From: Eledone cirrhosa
Lineage: Eukaryota
Direction: 5' to 3'
Assembly (NCBI GenBank): GCA_964016885.1
Contig: OZ024741.1
Location: 358,670,001 to 358,734,000 of the forward strand
Length of the DNA stretch: 64,000 nt
The notes beneath the pieces are model-generated. The model had not been told where the DNA came from. It did no database searches and saw only the letters and a program-made list of their open reading frames with translations. A program made the position numbers and the translations under genes. Positions 34,944 through 47,700 of this stretch are shown here, piece by piece (the stretch's first letter is position 1; each line of letters starts with the position of its first letter).

Positions 34944-36149
34944 ATAATGTACTGTAATCGGTCAAATTATTCAGCTCTTTAATGATAGCTTGTTACTCAT
35001 GTTGCTGACTTTATCATAAATTTGACTCATGCAACACCAGGTACCACTGCTAGCACTAAATAAAATGTACCGTTCAGCTAAAAAGTTTGTTTATGCAACG
35101 AAATTTTTTCATGTCTACCTATCAGATTACTTGCATTTTTCCTGTCATTAATTACCTCTTCTACTTAAATTCAGTGAACATCATGAAGTCATAACAATGC
35201 ATGGGAAAGAAAATAGCTTTTGTTTGCTTTCTGAGTATCATAACCAATGTATTGCATGTTGCTTGTTTTTGTTTTGAACACGGGAGGAATAAAACTTCTG
35301 ACAGTACCACGGTTTTCTTTTCATTGCCATACAACAACAACAATGAAAGAAAAATCACTCTCAGCATGTTGACATTCCTAACCTCCCAGGCGATCGCAAT
35401 AATGTAGATTGTTTGGCAATTCATCAATGTCATTGTTTGTTCTTTTTACTTCTTGTTTCACGTTCAATGGATGCTGGTACTGTGTGCTTTGTTCCACACT
35501 TTGTACTGCAGTATTTGTAATTTTAAAAAGCGAGCTCATTACAAAGTGAAAATAACGATTTCAAAGTGGGACATATCAGATCAAAGTGAGAACATTTTTC
35601 ATAGTGAGCTTATTTCACTTGAACAAATCCTGAACTTACTTGATTTAATTAGCCATAATGCATCTTCTTATAAAGAAAATGTAACAGGAAAAACTGTATT
35701 AGTTGTAGTATATGATATAAACAAAACAAAGTGGAAACATCGCTCTTTTCTAATCACAGCCTTAATAATTTGTTTTCTATGAAATTATTGCATGGTTAAA
35801 ATCTGACGGAGAGTGCGTCTTCTAGAATCGTTGCACGAACGTACTTTTTAGGCATAGTTTAACAACTCATTTTCAAAACAGTTTTTGTAATCACTAAACA
35901 AACAGCATCAAGTGAGATATGAATAAAGTTAACACAAGTGTCTAACGTTGCTTGTAATCACATAGTTGATTGTTGGTCGGTGTCATTGCTGTACTAAACG
36001 TAAAAATAACTACGTATATATTTTATTCACAGTTGTATAAATAACATTACAAATTGTTCACAATTATTTCAGAATCAAAATATAAACAGATATAATAAAT
36101 ATAATTAACAATTGTTAGGAACCTCACAAATATAACGCAATTCATCAAC

Positions 36150-37310
36150 AAGTGGGACAATCGGCCGCACATCACAAGAGTCCACGGAAATTTCTGAGGC
36201 AAGCCAACACGCTTGCAACATTACCATGGGTGATAACGTTGCTAAGGTGCTGAAACAACCAGGCATGCTCATGGACATCAGTAAAGCAAACCGTCAGTGA
36301 TGATAAGAACTTCGCTGTCAGCGGCCCAACTCAACCAAATGTCTCGAACGCCACAGGCTAGAAAAAATAATTGTTTGATAGTTCCCGGTATTATCGGATT
36401 TTATTCCTTTCGCGGTAAATGTGAGGGTCACATTTACCGCGACATCCATGATATGGGAGGGAGCAAAAGTGTCACTGACAGTGTCATCCCAGATGAGACA
36501 CCTGCCTCTTACCCAGGGACAAAGAGTAAGGTGGTCTGGTCACTTCCCATCACTTCTGGATTATCCAACTGGCTCCAGAACTGAGGGGATATTTACCCGA
36601 GATAGGGCCCGCTTGATGATCAGGTTTAGCTCCGTGTTGCGGGCTGAGCGACAAGCATTCAGGTGGCAGGACAAACCATTGAGGCCTGTGGAGTCGAGGA
36701 ACCTACCACTGCGATATCTCAGATCCCAACAGACATCGACTCCCACCCGAAATGCAATGGAGATGCGGAGCTCGTCCGTACTGAGAAGACCGTCAATGTT
36801 GGCCACAGGCAGGGCATCAATCCAGTCCCCTCTAAAGAATTAATCAGAATGATCAAAGAGAGGGTTAAAAGTTTCGCTCGAGCACATATTGTCCCATACT
36901 CTCTGCTTCCGTCTATCCTCATCAGTAACGGGAACTAAAAACACAGCTCTCTCCACTGTAGTAAAGCTTCATCCGTCTCCCTGGTGGAATTAGTCCATGT
37001 TGGAATGGAGGGGGTGTCACCCACTAAAGGGGAACAAACGTGCATGGAGGAAATAAGACAATGTAGTGACAAAAACGAGAATTTACGCAGACCAAGACCT
37101 CCAAACCGTTTGGACAAAGCAGCCTGGTCGCGGGACTCTGGAGAGAGTCGGGCATTGACCAGGCCGACGAGCTCACTGAATATTAAATCGTTAAAGCGTT
37201 GGAGAGATGACAAGAATTTGTAAGAGGAACTAACTCTGAGAAAATACAATAACTTAGGGATTGACAATTAATTCCTAAGTATAAAAAATCTTGATGAGGC
37301 GATAGAGAGG
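36150..37310 (-). mobile_element. Degraded CRE-like non-LTR retrotransposon 3' part (post-RT region + restriction-like endonuclease)
   Basis: IPKLLYFLR, LSKRFGGLGL, WIDALPVANIDGLLSTDELRISIAFRVG, ARNTELNLIIKRAL..IPSVLEP, DGK-x-PD..L.PW..GRCLIWD.TVSDT: an RLE PD-(D/E)xK-type layout. Confidence 0.75.
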
Positions 37311-39468
37311 AAGGACTAAGGCTGGATGATTTACAACAGAGTAATATTTTTTTTTTTGCTTCATTAATGAACTGTTAAACACTTATAATAACCAGGCAAG
37401 TACACATTGTTGACATTACATATGGTGTTTTGATGTTAGTTCATGCTCTCTGTTCGTCTCTCAAAAGATATGTAGTGACCTACATTCAGCGGACTCACAT
37501 TCTCTGTGCGTGATTTGGCTCAGCTCAGCCAATCAGCGCCAGGAGAAGAGGATATATCCCTACGCGCCTTGAGGAAGAAATTCCCCGCGAGGATTTGAAG
37601 AATCTCTCTCTTGTACCAGAAACTTCGAACCGGCAACACGCATAATGTAACGGTGAGATTTTGCACCCTAGCCTCGCCGGCTTTCCGGCGCAATGGCACA
37701 TTCCCTTTCGTAACCTCTTTTTATCTGTAACTTCAACCATATAAGTTAACAAACATTGTTTGTACTACATCAAAAATAAACATACATTTCATCTCTAATT
37801 TCTGCTGTTGAAATCATTATTATGTTACTCGTGTCTCAATAACATCTATAATCCATGCTGCTGGAATTGGCGACCTGACGAAAGGAATATTGTAAATACA
37901 AAGATGGTAAATAGATCGAGGGACCTTCCCTCACGTCTATGTCGACAAGATAATCCAACGAGGATGCTATCACCTTACCACACTGGCAACTAACAACACT
38001 TCATACTTCTACCCTGCTAAAGTGGCGACCACGACTAACCATCCTGCTAAAGTGGCGACCACGACTATTCAACTTTCATACCGCTAAAGATATATTGTGT
38101 TAATCTCACTTTGAAATCATTATTCTTATTTTTACAGTCGTAAAGTCCCACATTTTGAACTGGTATGATGTCCTCACTTAGAATTACAAGCACTGTAATT
38201 GTTGTTATATTTCTAGATTCAGTCGTTATAACATCATGTAGCGAAAATATCACAGGTAAGTCTGCAGACATGAAACGCACACTACAAAAAATAGCCATAG
38301 TACCATAAGTGGAAATAGCTACCATAAAACCCCAGGGTATTTAAGGCAAATCAAATTCTTTTTTTCTCACTCTGCTGGTCCCTGACACAATTGACAGCTC
38401 TCGCTCGGCTGTAGCAGTCGCTGTGTACAAGGCAACATTTTATCTCAACCAACGTCTCCAGACTTCTTTCATTCACTTGTAGCGAAACTTCGCTATATTC
38501 TCAGGTGGTTTCAATATCGGCACTCACTGACCTTTGGCCTCAGTCAGACTGAGATACCAATTTCCTTTTGTTTGAACTAGCAACGTCGCCAAATAGATTT
38601 ATTGCCTTTGTTTGAAAGTAAACAGCAGAGCTGGCTACCAACTTCAGCACACAGCTTAGTAAATCCATTACTATGAGATTCTACATCCACACACTATAAA
38701 TAGGTGCATATACGTGCATCTTTTCCCGTGGTTCATTATTACTGCACATGATTTCAAAGTAAATTATGTAACCAATAAAACATAAAAATTAGCGGTATGT
38801 TGTTCCTTCGTAAAGCAATAGCAATTTGATTGGGGAAAATCGTCTTCCCTGCAGCCATATCACATCACCTCAACAAGTTACAAGAACTATTGGTTTCTTC
38901 GTCCATAGCAAGACTTCACAGCAACAACTTTCTCGACTCACTGTGACACACTTCATTCACTTGCCATGGACACGACCAATAAATCATTAATTCAACTACT
39001 TCATCTTGCAACTCCAATTACACTACCATCCAACAAATAAACCCCGACAAAAATCAATCTATTTCTACCCCTGCTAAACACTCACAATTCCACATAACAC
39101 AACAAAATACTTTTATTTATGAACACTACATCTAGCAATCGTTTATATCAAATCTTGTACATATTCTGGTTATATTTCGCACATGATACAAATACGAATA
39201 AAAACATCAAAATTAACAGTTTGGTTTTTCTTGCTGGTCTGTCCCGAATCATTGTGTCCCTGATCTGTATTCGACAACAACACAACGCCTAAAACACATT
39301 GACCAATAGCTTCAACAATTACAACACGACAACCAACCAATACTACGAAACTTTCTAATTAGGATCATAACTATCTCCATGTATATCACAATATTGTCAA
39401 TATTACGTGTTTTTTTTATATCAAAAGTTAGTCACTCTTTCTCTCTTAGATTTTGTATTTCCAGAAAC

Positions 39469-39648
39469 ATAATTGTTTCTACTTTAGGCACAAGGCCAGC
39501 AATTACCCAAAACATTACTGGTACTTTATTTTATCGACCCCGTAAGGATGAAAGGCAAAGTTAACCTCGACGGGATTTGAACTCAAACCGTAAAGGGACG
39601 TAACTATGCTAGAAAGCAGGGCGTACAACCCTCTACTGATACTGCCAA
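39469..39648 (-). mobile_element. tRNA-derived SINE
   Basis: Full copy of the main SINE consensus. Confidence 0.88.
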
Positions 39649-39685
39649 TATGTCTAATATCTCCAGCTTTTTCTACTCAATAATC

Positions 39686-40427
39686 TGTAGTGATAGGGGT
39701 CAACATTATGTAGCGAATAGATGTATTCTTTGCAGGATGAATGGTAAACAAGAATGATGCAAGAATTGCGACGTTGTTGACAACGTTTATTTTATAATAA
39801 TAAAATTCACTTGTTGGTACATCGAATATTGAGTAATAAAATCGTGACAGTTATCACTGCATTAATTGTCTTACTAGTTACTTCGAGCTAGCGTGAATGC
39901 ATGTATCAAATAAAACGATACAGTAGAAGTTGTTATAGTTTGCAGTAGTAGAGAAATGACAGCAAGTCGAAAGGATAGATAAAGTGTAGTAGGGAACAAT
40001 ATAAGGAAACCGACTGTGTGTGTGTGTTTATATTTAGCATACGTGATTTATGTAGTAGTGGTCAATCTGTCGAGCGTGTAAGACATGTGAGAGAATAGTA
40101 GCTAGAAGACTGTATTCGTGAAGGGAAATTCATAGTGTTAGAACGTTTTTCTGTTGTCTGAAGTAATCACTATCTCTGGTTCGGTTCTCGAAGCAATTGT
40201 ATTTATAACAATACTATAGCTAGAAGGATGTGTATATATATGGTTTTTGAAACAATAGTGGCCATATGTGTATCGTCTGTCAAGGTCACGTGGTATATAC
40301 GTTTATCATAGTTGTCTTTTGACAGGACAATGGTGAGAATTCCTAACAATAGGTGGTTTTAGAGGCGAGAAATTTTGGATTCAAATTCAAATCTTCGCCA
40401 GGTAAAAGATAGAAGAATTCCATTACA
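39686..40427 (-). mobile_element. Probable solo LTR
   Basis: TGTAGTG...CATTACA inverted ends, flanks AATC/AGTC (4-bp TSD with one mismatch), TATA-like and AATAAA motifs on the minus strand. Confidence 0.5.
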
Positions 40428-40761
40428 AGTCTATAATGAAAAGAAATTTCAGTGATTATACTTTTAAAAGTCTACGTGAATAAACAGGTGAATTGCAATG
40501 ACAAACCACATTGAAAGATCGTGTAAAACAGAACAAAGAGGAGCCACAAAGTTACAAAAGTAGTCAAGAGCGTGACCATTAACAACTAAACAACCATCTG
40601 GTTATTAAATTAACCAACGGAAAATTCTAATAATAACAAAAAAATTAAGTGAAACTCAACTGGTGTGTGTGTGTTTATTGGAAGCATGGCCCTCCCAAAA
40701 TATAGCAATATCTGTTTCAACGCACGTTTTCACGTAAAAAATCTTGCAAAACAAATATGAA

Positions 40762-40819
<58 letters not shown>

Positions 40820-41044
40820 GTGTGTATATATATATATTGTGTATATTTATATATTTATTTATTTATTTGTTTGTTTGTTTATTTTATTTTGTCTTCTTTG
40901 CGCATGCGTTTGCGTGTGTGTATAGTGTTTTGTTTGCTGTGTGTTCGTGATTGGGTGACTGTGTATTGGTTAATGTGTTCTATGTTTACTAGTGTGTGTT
41001 TATATGTGTTTGTTGTTATTGTGCTTGTGTATTTATTCATTCTT

Positions 41045-41076
<32 letters not shown>

Positions 41077-41117
41077 TATATATATATAAATATACACAAT
41101 ATATATATATACACACA

Positions 41118-42151
41118 CTGAAAGTACAGTAGCTAGAGTCAGAACTGGATGGAAAAAGTTCAGAGAGCTTATACCACTATTAGCCGCTAGAGGGTTCTCC
41201 CTAAAAATGAAAGGCAGGTTATACGATGCCTGCATACGAACAGCAATGCTGCATGGCAGTGAGACCTGGGCATTGTGTGCAGAGGATATACGCAGACTAG
41301 AGAGGAACGAAGCTTGCATGCTCCGCTGGATGTGCAATAGTAATATACGTGAACGGCAAAGCATAAACGAACTAAGGAAAAAATTAGAAATAAGAGGGAT
41401 CAGATGTTGTTTACTCGAGAGAAGGCTATGTTGGTACGGTCACGTGATGCGCATGAAAGACGACAGCTGTATAACAAAGTGCAGGGCAATAAAGATAGAC
41501 GGTAGCCACGGAGTAGGCAGACCCAGAAAAACATGGGACGAGCTGATAAATTCCGACCTCACACGCTTACACCTCTCCAAGACAATGTCACTGGACCGAG
41601 ACCTTTGGCGGTACTCAGTAATAGAGAAGACCCGCCTTACCTAAATACAAAGTAAAAACCTACTACAGTCAGTAGGCATCTCTATCAAAACACACCCCCG
41701 TCCCACCACCTCCACCCCACCCACACCGCCCCTTTCAATGTAAAGTTATGTTGGTCCCACAACATCCAGGCTGAAACAAATGAGATCGTGTAGGTGTCAC
41801 GACAAAAAACACACAGTCCACGCTGTAAATGTGGCCGTGTAGGCAACACGGTAAAAACCTCCCAGCCCCACACTGTAAATGTGGTTGGTGTTAGGAAGGG
41901 CATCCAGCTGTAGAAAACCCGCCAGACAGTCCACGCTGTAATGTGGCCGTGTAGGCAACACGGTAAAAACCTCCCAGCCCCACACTGTAAATGTGGTTGG
42001 TGTTAGGAAGGGCATCCAACTGTAGAAAACCCGCCAGACAGTCCTATGCGAGCAAGACAACCACTCTTGCCTCAAGTGGGAAAACCCCCGTCCAAACCCA
42101 TGCAAGCGTGGAACACGGACGCTAAACCTGATGATGATGATGATGATGATG
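41118..42151 (+). mobile_element. 5'-truncated RTE LINE, same family as 19342-21579
   Basis: ORF 41207-41644 (MKGRLYDACIRTAMLHGSETW...GRPRKTW); 3' UTR with a ~113-bp tandem duplication (~41815-42045); (GAT)n tail. Confidence 0.93.
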
Positions 42152-42212
42152 ACACTTCATATTTGTTTTGCAAGATTTTTTATGTGAAAACGTGCTTGTG
42201 TTATTATTCATT

Positions 42213-42273
<61 letters not shown>

Positions 42274-42330
42274 CGGCGATGAATTAGTTTTGCGAGGTTT
42301 TTTATATGAAATCGTGTGTCGAAACAAATG

Positions 42331-43198
42331 TTGTTATACTTGGGGAGGGTCATATTTGTGTAATATTGCCAGAATTAATAACAGAACACACTCACTGTTT
42401 GGTTGGTTTTCGCTTTTCGCTTCTGTGTCTTTTATATCGGTAATCAAAGGACGAAAAAAACGGGTCAGTACTATACGAACATGCCAGACAACAACACGAC
42501 GGTAACATAGACAACATAGAAATTAGAATAATATCTAAACATAGAAATGACCCAGCAGATAGGCAAATCAGAGAGGCCAGTGAAATAGAACTTAGAAGGC
42601 CAAGATTAAACAGAAAGAATGAATGGAATAACAACAACACCCAAACAAACAACACTGACCTAAGAGAAGTATAAATAAATAGATAAATAAATAAATAAAT
42701 AAATAAATAAATACACAAGCACAATAACAACAAACACATATAAACACACACTAGTAAACATAGAACACATTAACCAATACACAGTCACCCAATCACGAAC
42801 ACACAGCAAACAAAACACTATACACACACGCAAACGCATGCGCAAAGAAGACAAAATAAAATAAACAAACAAACAAATAAATAAATAAATATATAAACAG
42901 ACTAAATAAAGATGGTGTAGACATACAATACAACGGGAGGAATCTATAGCACCACTGACGATGTTGCAGATGTGCAACGAAAGAACTTTGATAAACTATA
43001 TATATGTGTTTGTGTCTATATTGTATCTGTATTATTTTTGACCGTTGGTCAGTCAATGGCAACATTGAGGACCGAATAAATTAGATTACCGATATAAAAG
43101 ACACAGAAGCGAAAAGCGAAAACCAACCAAACAGTGAGTGTGTTCTGTTATTAATTCTGGCAATATTACACAAATATGACCCTCCCCAAGTATAACAA
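42331..43198 (+). mobile_element. Short PLE-derived element with ~115-bp inverted termini and GIY-YIG C-terminal remnant
   Basis: 42331-42444 is the reverse complement of ~43084-43198. Internal IDNIEIRIISKHRNDPADRQIREASEIELRRPRLNRKNEW resembles the end of a PLE GIY-YIG. Second copy at 59532-60163. Confidence 0.7.
42950..42995 (+). ncRNA. Hammerhead-like motif (identical core at 59920-59965)
   Basis: CTGACGA-T-GTTGCA GATG TGCAAC-GAAA-G AA C-TT; 6-bp stem II; stems I and III weak. Confidence 0.5.
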
Positions 43199-43278
43199 TA
43201 TATATATATATATCTTTGTGTGTGTATATATATATAAAATGTGGGTCATATTAAATATCTAATTACAATTACAATTAT

Positions 43279-43327
43279 ATACTCCGATCATTCCGGCCTT
43301 GTACTAGGATGAAACGATCGTAAGTGA
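43279..43327 (+). ncRNA. Degenerate minimal hammerhead motif
   Basis: TACT-CCGATCA (two core changes)-TTCC...GGAT-GAAA-CGATCG-TA-AGTG; palindromic stem III, 4-bp stem I. Confidence 0.4.
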
Positions 43328-43366
43328 TTAAATGTTCTAAACACTCTTTGATTGTTATTTATAAAG

Positions 43367-43399
<33 letters not shown>

Positions 43400-43554
43400 G
43401 TGTGTGTGTGAGTATCCATATGTGGTTGATGGCTGGAATAAAAGAGTACTTGATACCGAAGTAGAGTTTAAATATTCATTTTATTAAGCCTAAATAGTGA
43501 GTCTTACTCTGGGGTTCCGTGTGTTTATTACAGGGTCATCAGCAAGAAGGAGGT

Positions 43555-44020
43555 AGGTGTAAAAACCAATCTTGCAATCTTTAATTCGGTATTCACGCCA
43601 ACCTTTACCTATGGTCATGTATCTTGAGTAATGACCGAAAGAATACGATCGTGAGCACAAGCGGCCGAAATCGAGTTCCTCCGAAGGATCTTCGGAGTAA
43701 TGTTAGTCAATAGAGTGCATAGCTCGTAGATCAAAGAGTCGCTCCAGATAGAGCGAATTGAGAGATAATAGCTTCGATATTGCGAACATACGGTCAAAAT
43801 GTCTCAGAAAAGAATTGCTGGACAGATTTTAGGGGCAAAACTAACTGGCAGGATACCCAGGGAGAGACACCCGAGCAAAATGTTTGGATAACTTCCTTGA
43901 GCTCAGCTGGGAATGCAGCCAGGTCAATTGGAGAGGATTGCGTCTGACAGGACATGATGGAAGGCGTGCTTGAGGAGTCTGCTACCACAACTCTCAAAGG
44001 AATAAGTGGACGAAGAAGAT
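43555..44020 (+). mobile_element. Degraded 3' fragment of a second RTE-type LINE family
   Basis: RPTFTYG..MTERIRS*AQAAEIEFLRRIFG resembles the RTE post-RT region; GAAGAAGA tail. Confidence 0.6.
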
Positions 44021-44724
44021 ATCTATATCACACAGACGCACACACTCACTAGCTAGCTCTGCGGGCTCAGCGTCTGCAGAACTTGCTACTGTCATCGATA
44101 CGCTGGTTAGTACATTCACTACTTTGAAATTCTGCATTCACACACACAATCAACACTCTACAATCTTACGTGTACTTTTTTCCGTTGTTCGTTATTACTG
44201 AACATGATTTCGAAGTAAATCATGCCCCCCACCCCGCAACACACACCTTAAAAAAATTTGCAGTGTCTTGTTCATTTGTAAATTTATACCCATATGATGG
44301 GAAATTTGTTTTCTCCATTGCACTATCAGATCACCACAACGGGCGACTGATTTCCTCGACCATGACAAGACACAGTTCACTCACTCACATGGACTCACCC
44401 AACAAACCACTCATTCAACTACTTTACCTCGCAACACCTCTTATACTACTGCAAATGAACAAAACAGACAAACAAACTCCACTAAATATACATATATATA
44501 TATAAATAAGCGGTGTCTTGTTCATTTGTAACTTTATACCCATGTGATTTGGGGAAATTGTTTTTCTTGCGGCCATATCACATATGTGTGTTCTTCTAAT
44601 GTTCCCATTGTTGGATACTTATCTTTCTTAGTAAGCTACTTGTAACTTGGTACCCATTTTACAGCCTTACTCCTATCATTGCTTTTCTAAGCCAGGCTGA
44701 GGGCACAACCTGCGTCTTTGTGCT

Positions 44725-47700
44725 GTAAAAGTGGTAGTGCTGGTGCCACGATAAAAGACACACAGCCCACTCTCTTAAGTGGTAATGCTGGTGTCATGAT
44801 AAAATACACTCAGCCCACTCTATAAAGTGGCAATACTGGTGTCAAGATAAAATACACTCAGCCCTCTCTGTAAAGTGGCAATACTGGCTTCAAGATAAAA
44901 TAAACCCAGCCCACTCTGTAAAGTGGCAATACTGGTGTCAAGATAAAATACACTCAGCCCTCTCTGTAAAGTGGATATACTGGTGTCAAGATAAAATACA
45001 CTCAGCCCACTCTGTAAAGTGGCAATACTGGTGTCAAGATAAAATACACCTAGCTCACTCTGTAAAGTGGCAATACTGGTGTCAAGATGAAATACACTCA
45101 GCCCACTCTGTAAAGTGGCAATACTGGTGTCAAGATAAAATACACTCAGCCCACTCTGTAAAGTGGCAATACTGGTGTCAAGATAAAATACACTCAACTC
45201 ACTCTGTAAAGTGGCAATACTGGTGTCAAGATAAAATACAGTCAGCCCACTCTGAACAGTGTCAATACTGGCGTCAAGATAAAATACACTCAGCCCACTC
45301 TGTAAAGTGGCAATACTGGTGTCAAGATAAAATACACTCAGCTCACTCTGTAAAGTGGCAATACTGGTGTAAAGATAAAATACACTCAGCCCACTCTGTA
45401 AAGTGGGAATACTGGTGTCAAGATAAAATACACTCAGCCCACCTTGTAAAGTGGCAATACTGGTGTCAAGATAAAATACACTCAGCCCACTCTGTAAAGT
45501 GGCAATACTGGTGTCAAGATAAAATACACTCAGCCCACCTTGTAAAGTGGCAATACTGGTGTCAAGATTAAATACACTCAGCCCACCCTGTAAAGTGGCA
45601 ATACTGGTGTCAAGATAAAATACACTCAGCCCACTCTGTAAAGTTACAATACTGGTGTCAAGATAAAATACACCTAGCTCACTCTGTAAAGTGGCAATAC
45701 TGGCGTCAAGATAAAATACACTCAGTCCACTCTGTAAAGTGGCAATACTGGTGTCAAGATAAAATACACTCAGCCCACTCTGTAAAGTGGCAATACTGGT
45801 GTCAAGATAAAATACACTCAGCCCACTCTGTAAAGTGGCAATACTGGTGTCAAGATAAAATACACTCAGCCCACCCTGTAAAGTGGCAATACTGGTGTCA
45901 AGATAAAATACACTCAGCCCACTCTGTAAAGTGGCAATAATGGTGTCAACATAAAATACACTCAGCCCACTCTGTAAAGTGGCAATACTGGTGTCAAGAT
46001 AAAATACACTCAGCCCACCCTGTAAAGTGGCAATACTGGTGTCAAGATAAAATACACTCAGCCCACTCTGTAAAGTGGCAATAATGGTGTCAACATAAAA
46101 TACACTCAGCCCACTCTGTAAAGTGTCAATACTGGTGTCAAGATAAAATACACTCAGCTCACTCTGTAAAGTGGCAATACTGGTGTCAAGATAAAATACA
46201 CTCAGCCCACCCTGTAAAGTGGCAATACTGGTGTCAAGATAAAATACACTCAGCCCACTCTGTAAAGTGGCAATACTGGTGTCAAGATAAAATACACTCA
46301 GCCCACTCTGTAAAGTGGCAATACTGGTGTCAAGATAAAATACACTCAGCCCACTCTGTAAAGTGGCAATACTGGTGTCAAGATAAAATACACTCAGCTC
46401 ACTCCGTAAAGTGGCAATACTGGTGTCAAGATAAAATACACTCAGCTCACTCTGTAAAGTGGCAATACTGTTGTTAAGATAAAATACACTCAGCCCTCTC
46501 TGTAAAGTGGCAATACTGGTGTCAAGATAAAATACACTCAGCCCCCTCTGTAAAGTGGCAATACTGGTGTCAAGATAAAATACACTCAGCCCTCTCTGTA
46601 AAGTGGCAATACTAGTGTCAAGATAAAATACACTCAGACCACTCTGTAAAGTGGCAATACTGGTGTCAAGATAAAATACACTCAGCCCTCTATGTAAAGT
46701 GGCAATACTGGTGTCAAGATAAAATACACTCAGCTCACTCTGTAAAGTGGCAATACTGTTGTTAAGATAAAATACACTCAGCCCTCTCTGTAAAGTGGCA
46801 ATACTGGTGTCAAGATAAAATACACTCAGCTCACTCTGTAAAGTGGCAATACTGTTGTTAAGATAAAATACACTCAGCCCTCTCTGTAAAGTGGCAATAC
46901 TGGTGTCAAGATAAAATACACTCAGCTCACTCTGTAAAGTGTCAATACTGGTGTCAAGATAAAATACACTCAGACCACTCTGTAAAGTGGCAATACTGGT
47001 GTCAAGATAAAATACACTCAGACCACTCTGTAAAGTGGCAATACTGGTGTCTAGATAAAATACACTCAGCCCTCTCTGTAAAGTGGCAATACTGGTGTCA
47101 AGATAAAATACACTCAGACCACTCTGTAAAGTGGCAATACTGGTGTCACGATAAAATACACTCAGCCCTCTCTGTAAAGTGGCAATACTGGTGTCAAGAT
47201 AAAATACACTCAGCTCACTCTGTAAAGTGGCAATACTGTTGTTAAGATAAAATACACTCAGCCCTCTCTGTAAAGTGGCAATACTGGTGTCAAGATAAAA
47301 TACACTCAGCCCACTCTGTAAAGTGGCAATACTGGTGTCAAGCTAAAATACACTCAGCCCACTCTGTAAAGTGGCAATACTGGTGTCAAGATAGAATACA
47401 CTCAGCCCTCTCTGTAAAGTGGCAATACTGGTGTCAAGATAGAATACACTCAGCCCTCTCTGTAAAGTGGCAATACTGGTGTCAAGATAGAATACACTCA
47501 GCCCTCTCTGTAAAGTGGCAATACTGGTGTCAAGATAGAATACACTCAGCCCACTCTGTATAGTGGCAATACTGGTGTCAAGATAAAATACACTCAACTC
47601 ACTCTGTAAAGTGGCAATACTGGTGTCAAGATAAAATACACTCAGCCCACTCTGTAAAGTGGCAATACTGGTGTCAAGATAAAATACACTCAACTCACTC

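Noticed and set aside
37373-37751. Possible third solo LTR (TGTTAA...TTAACA with a CCAAT box)
   Set aside because: No clean 4-6 bp TSD and no second copy; left uncalled.
38065-38600. hAT dimerisation-like motif (ATAERELS) on the minus strand
   Set aside because: A single short motif without supporting transposase sequence or TIRs.
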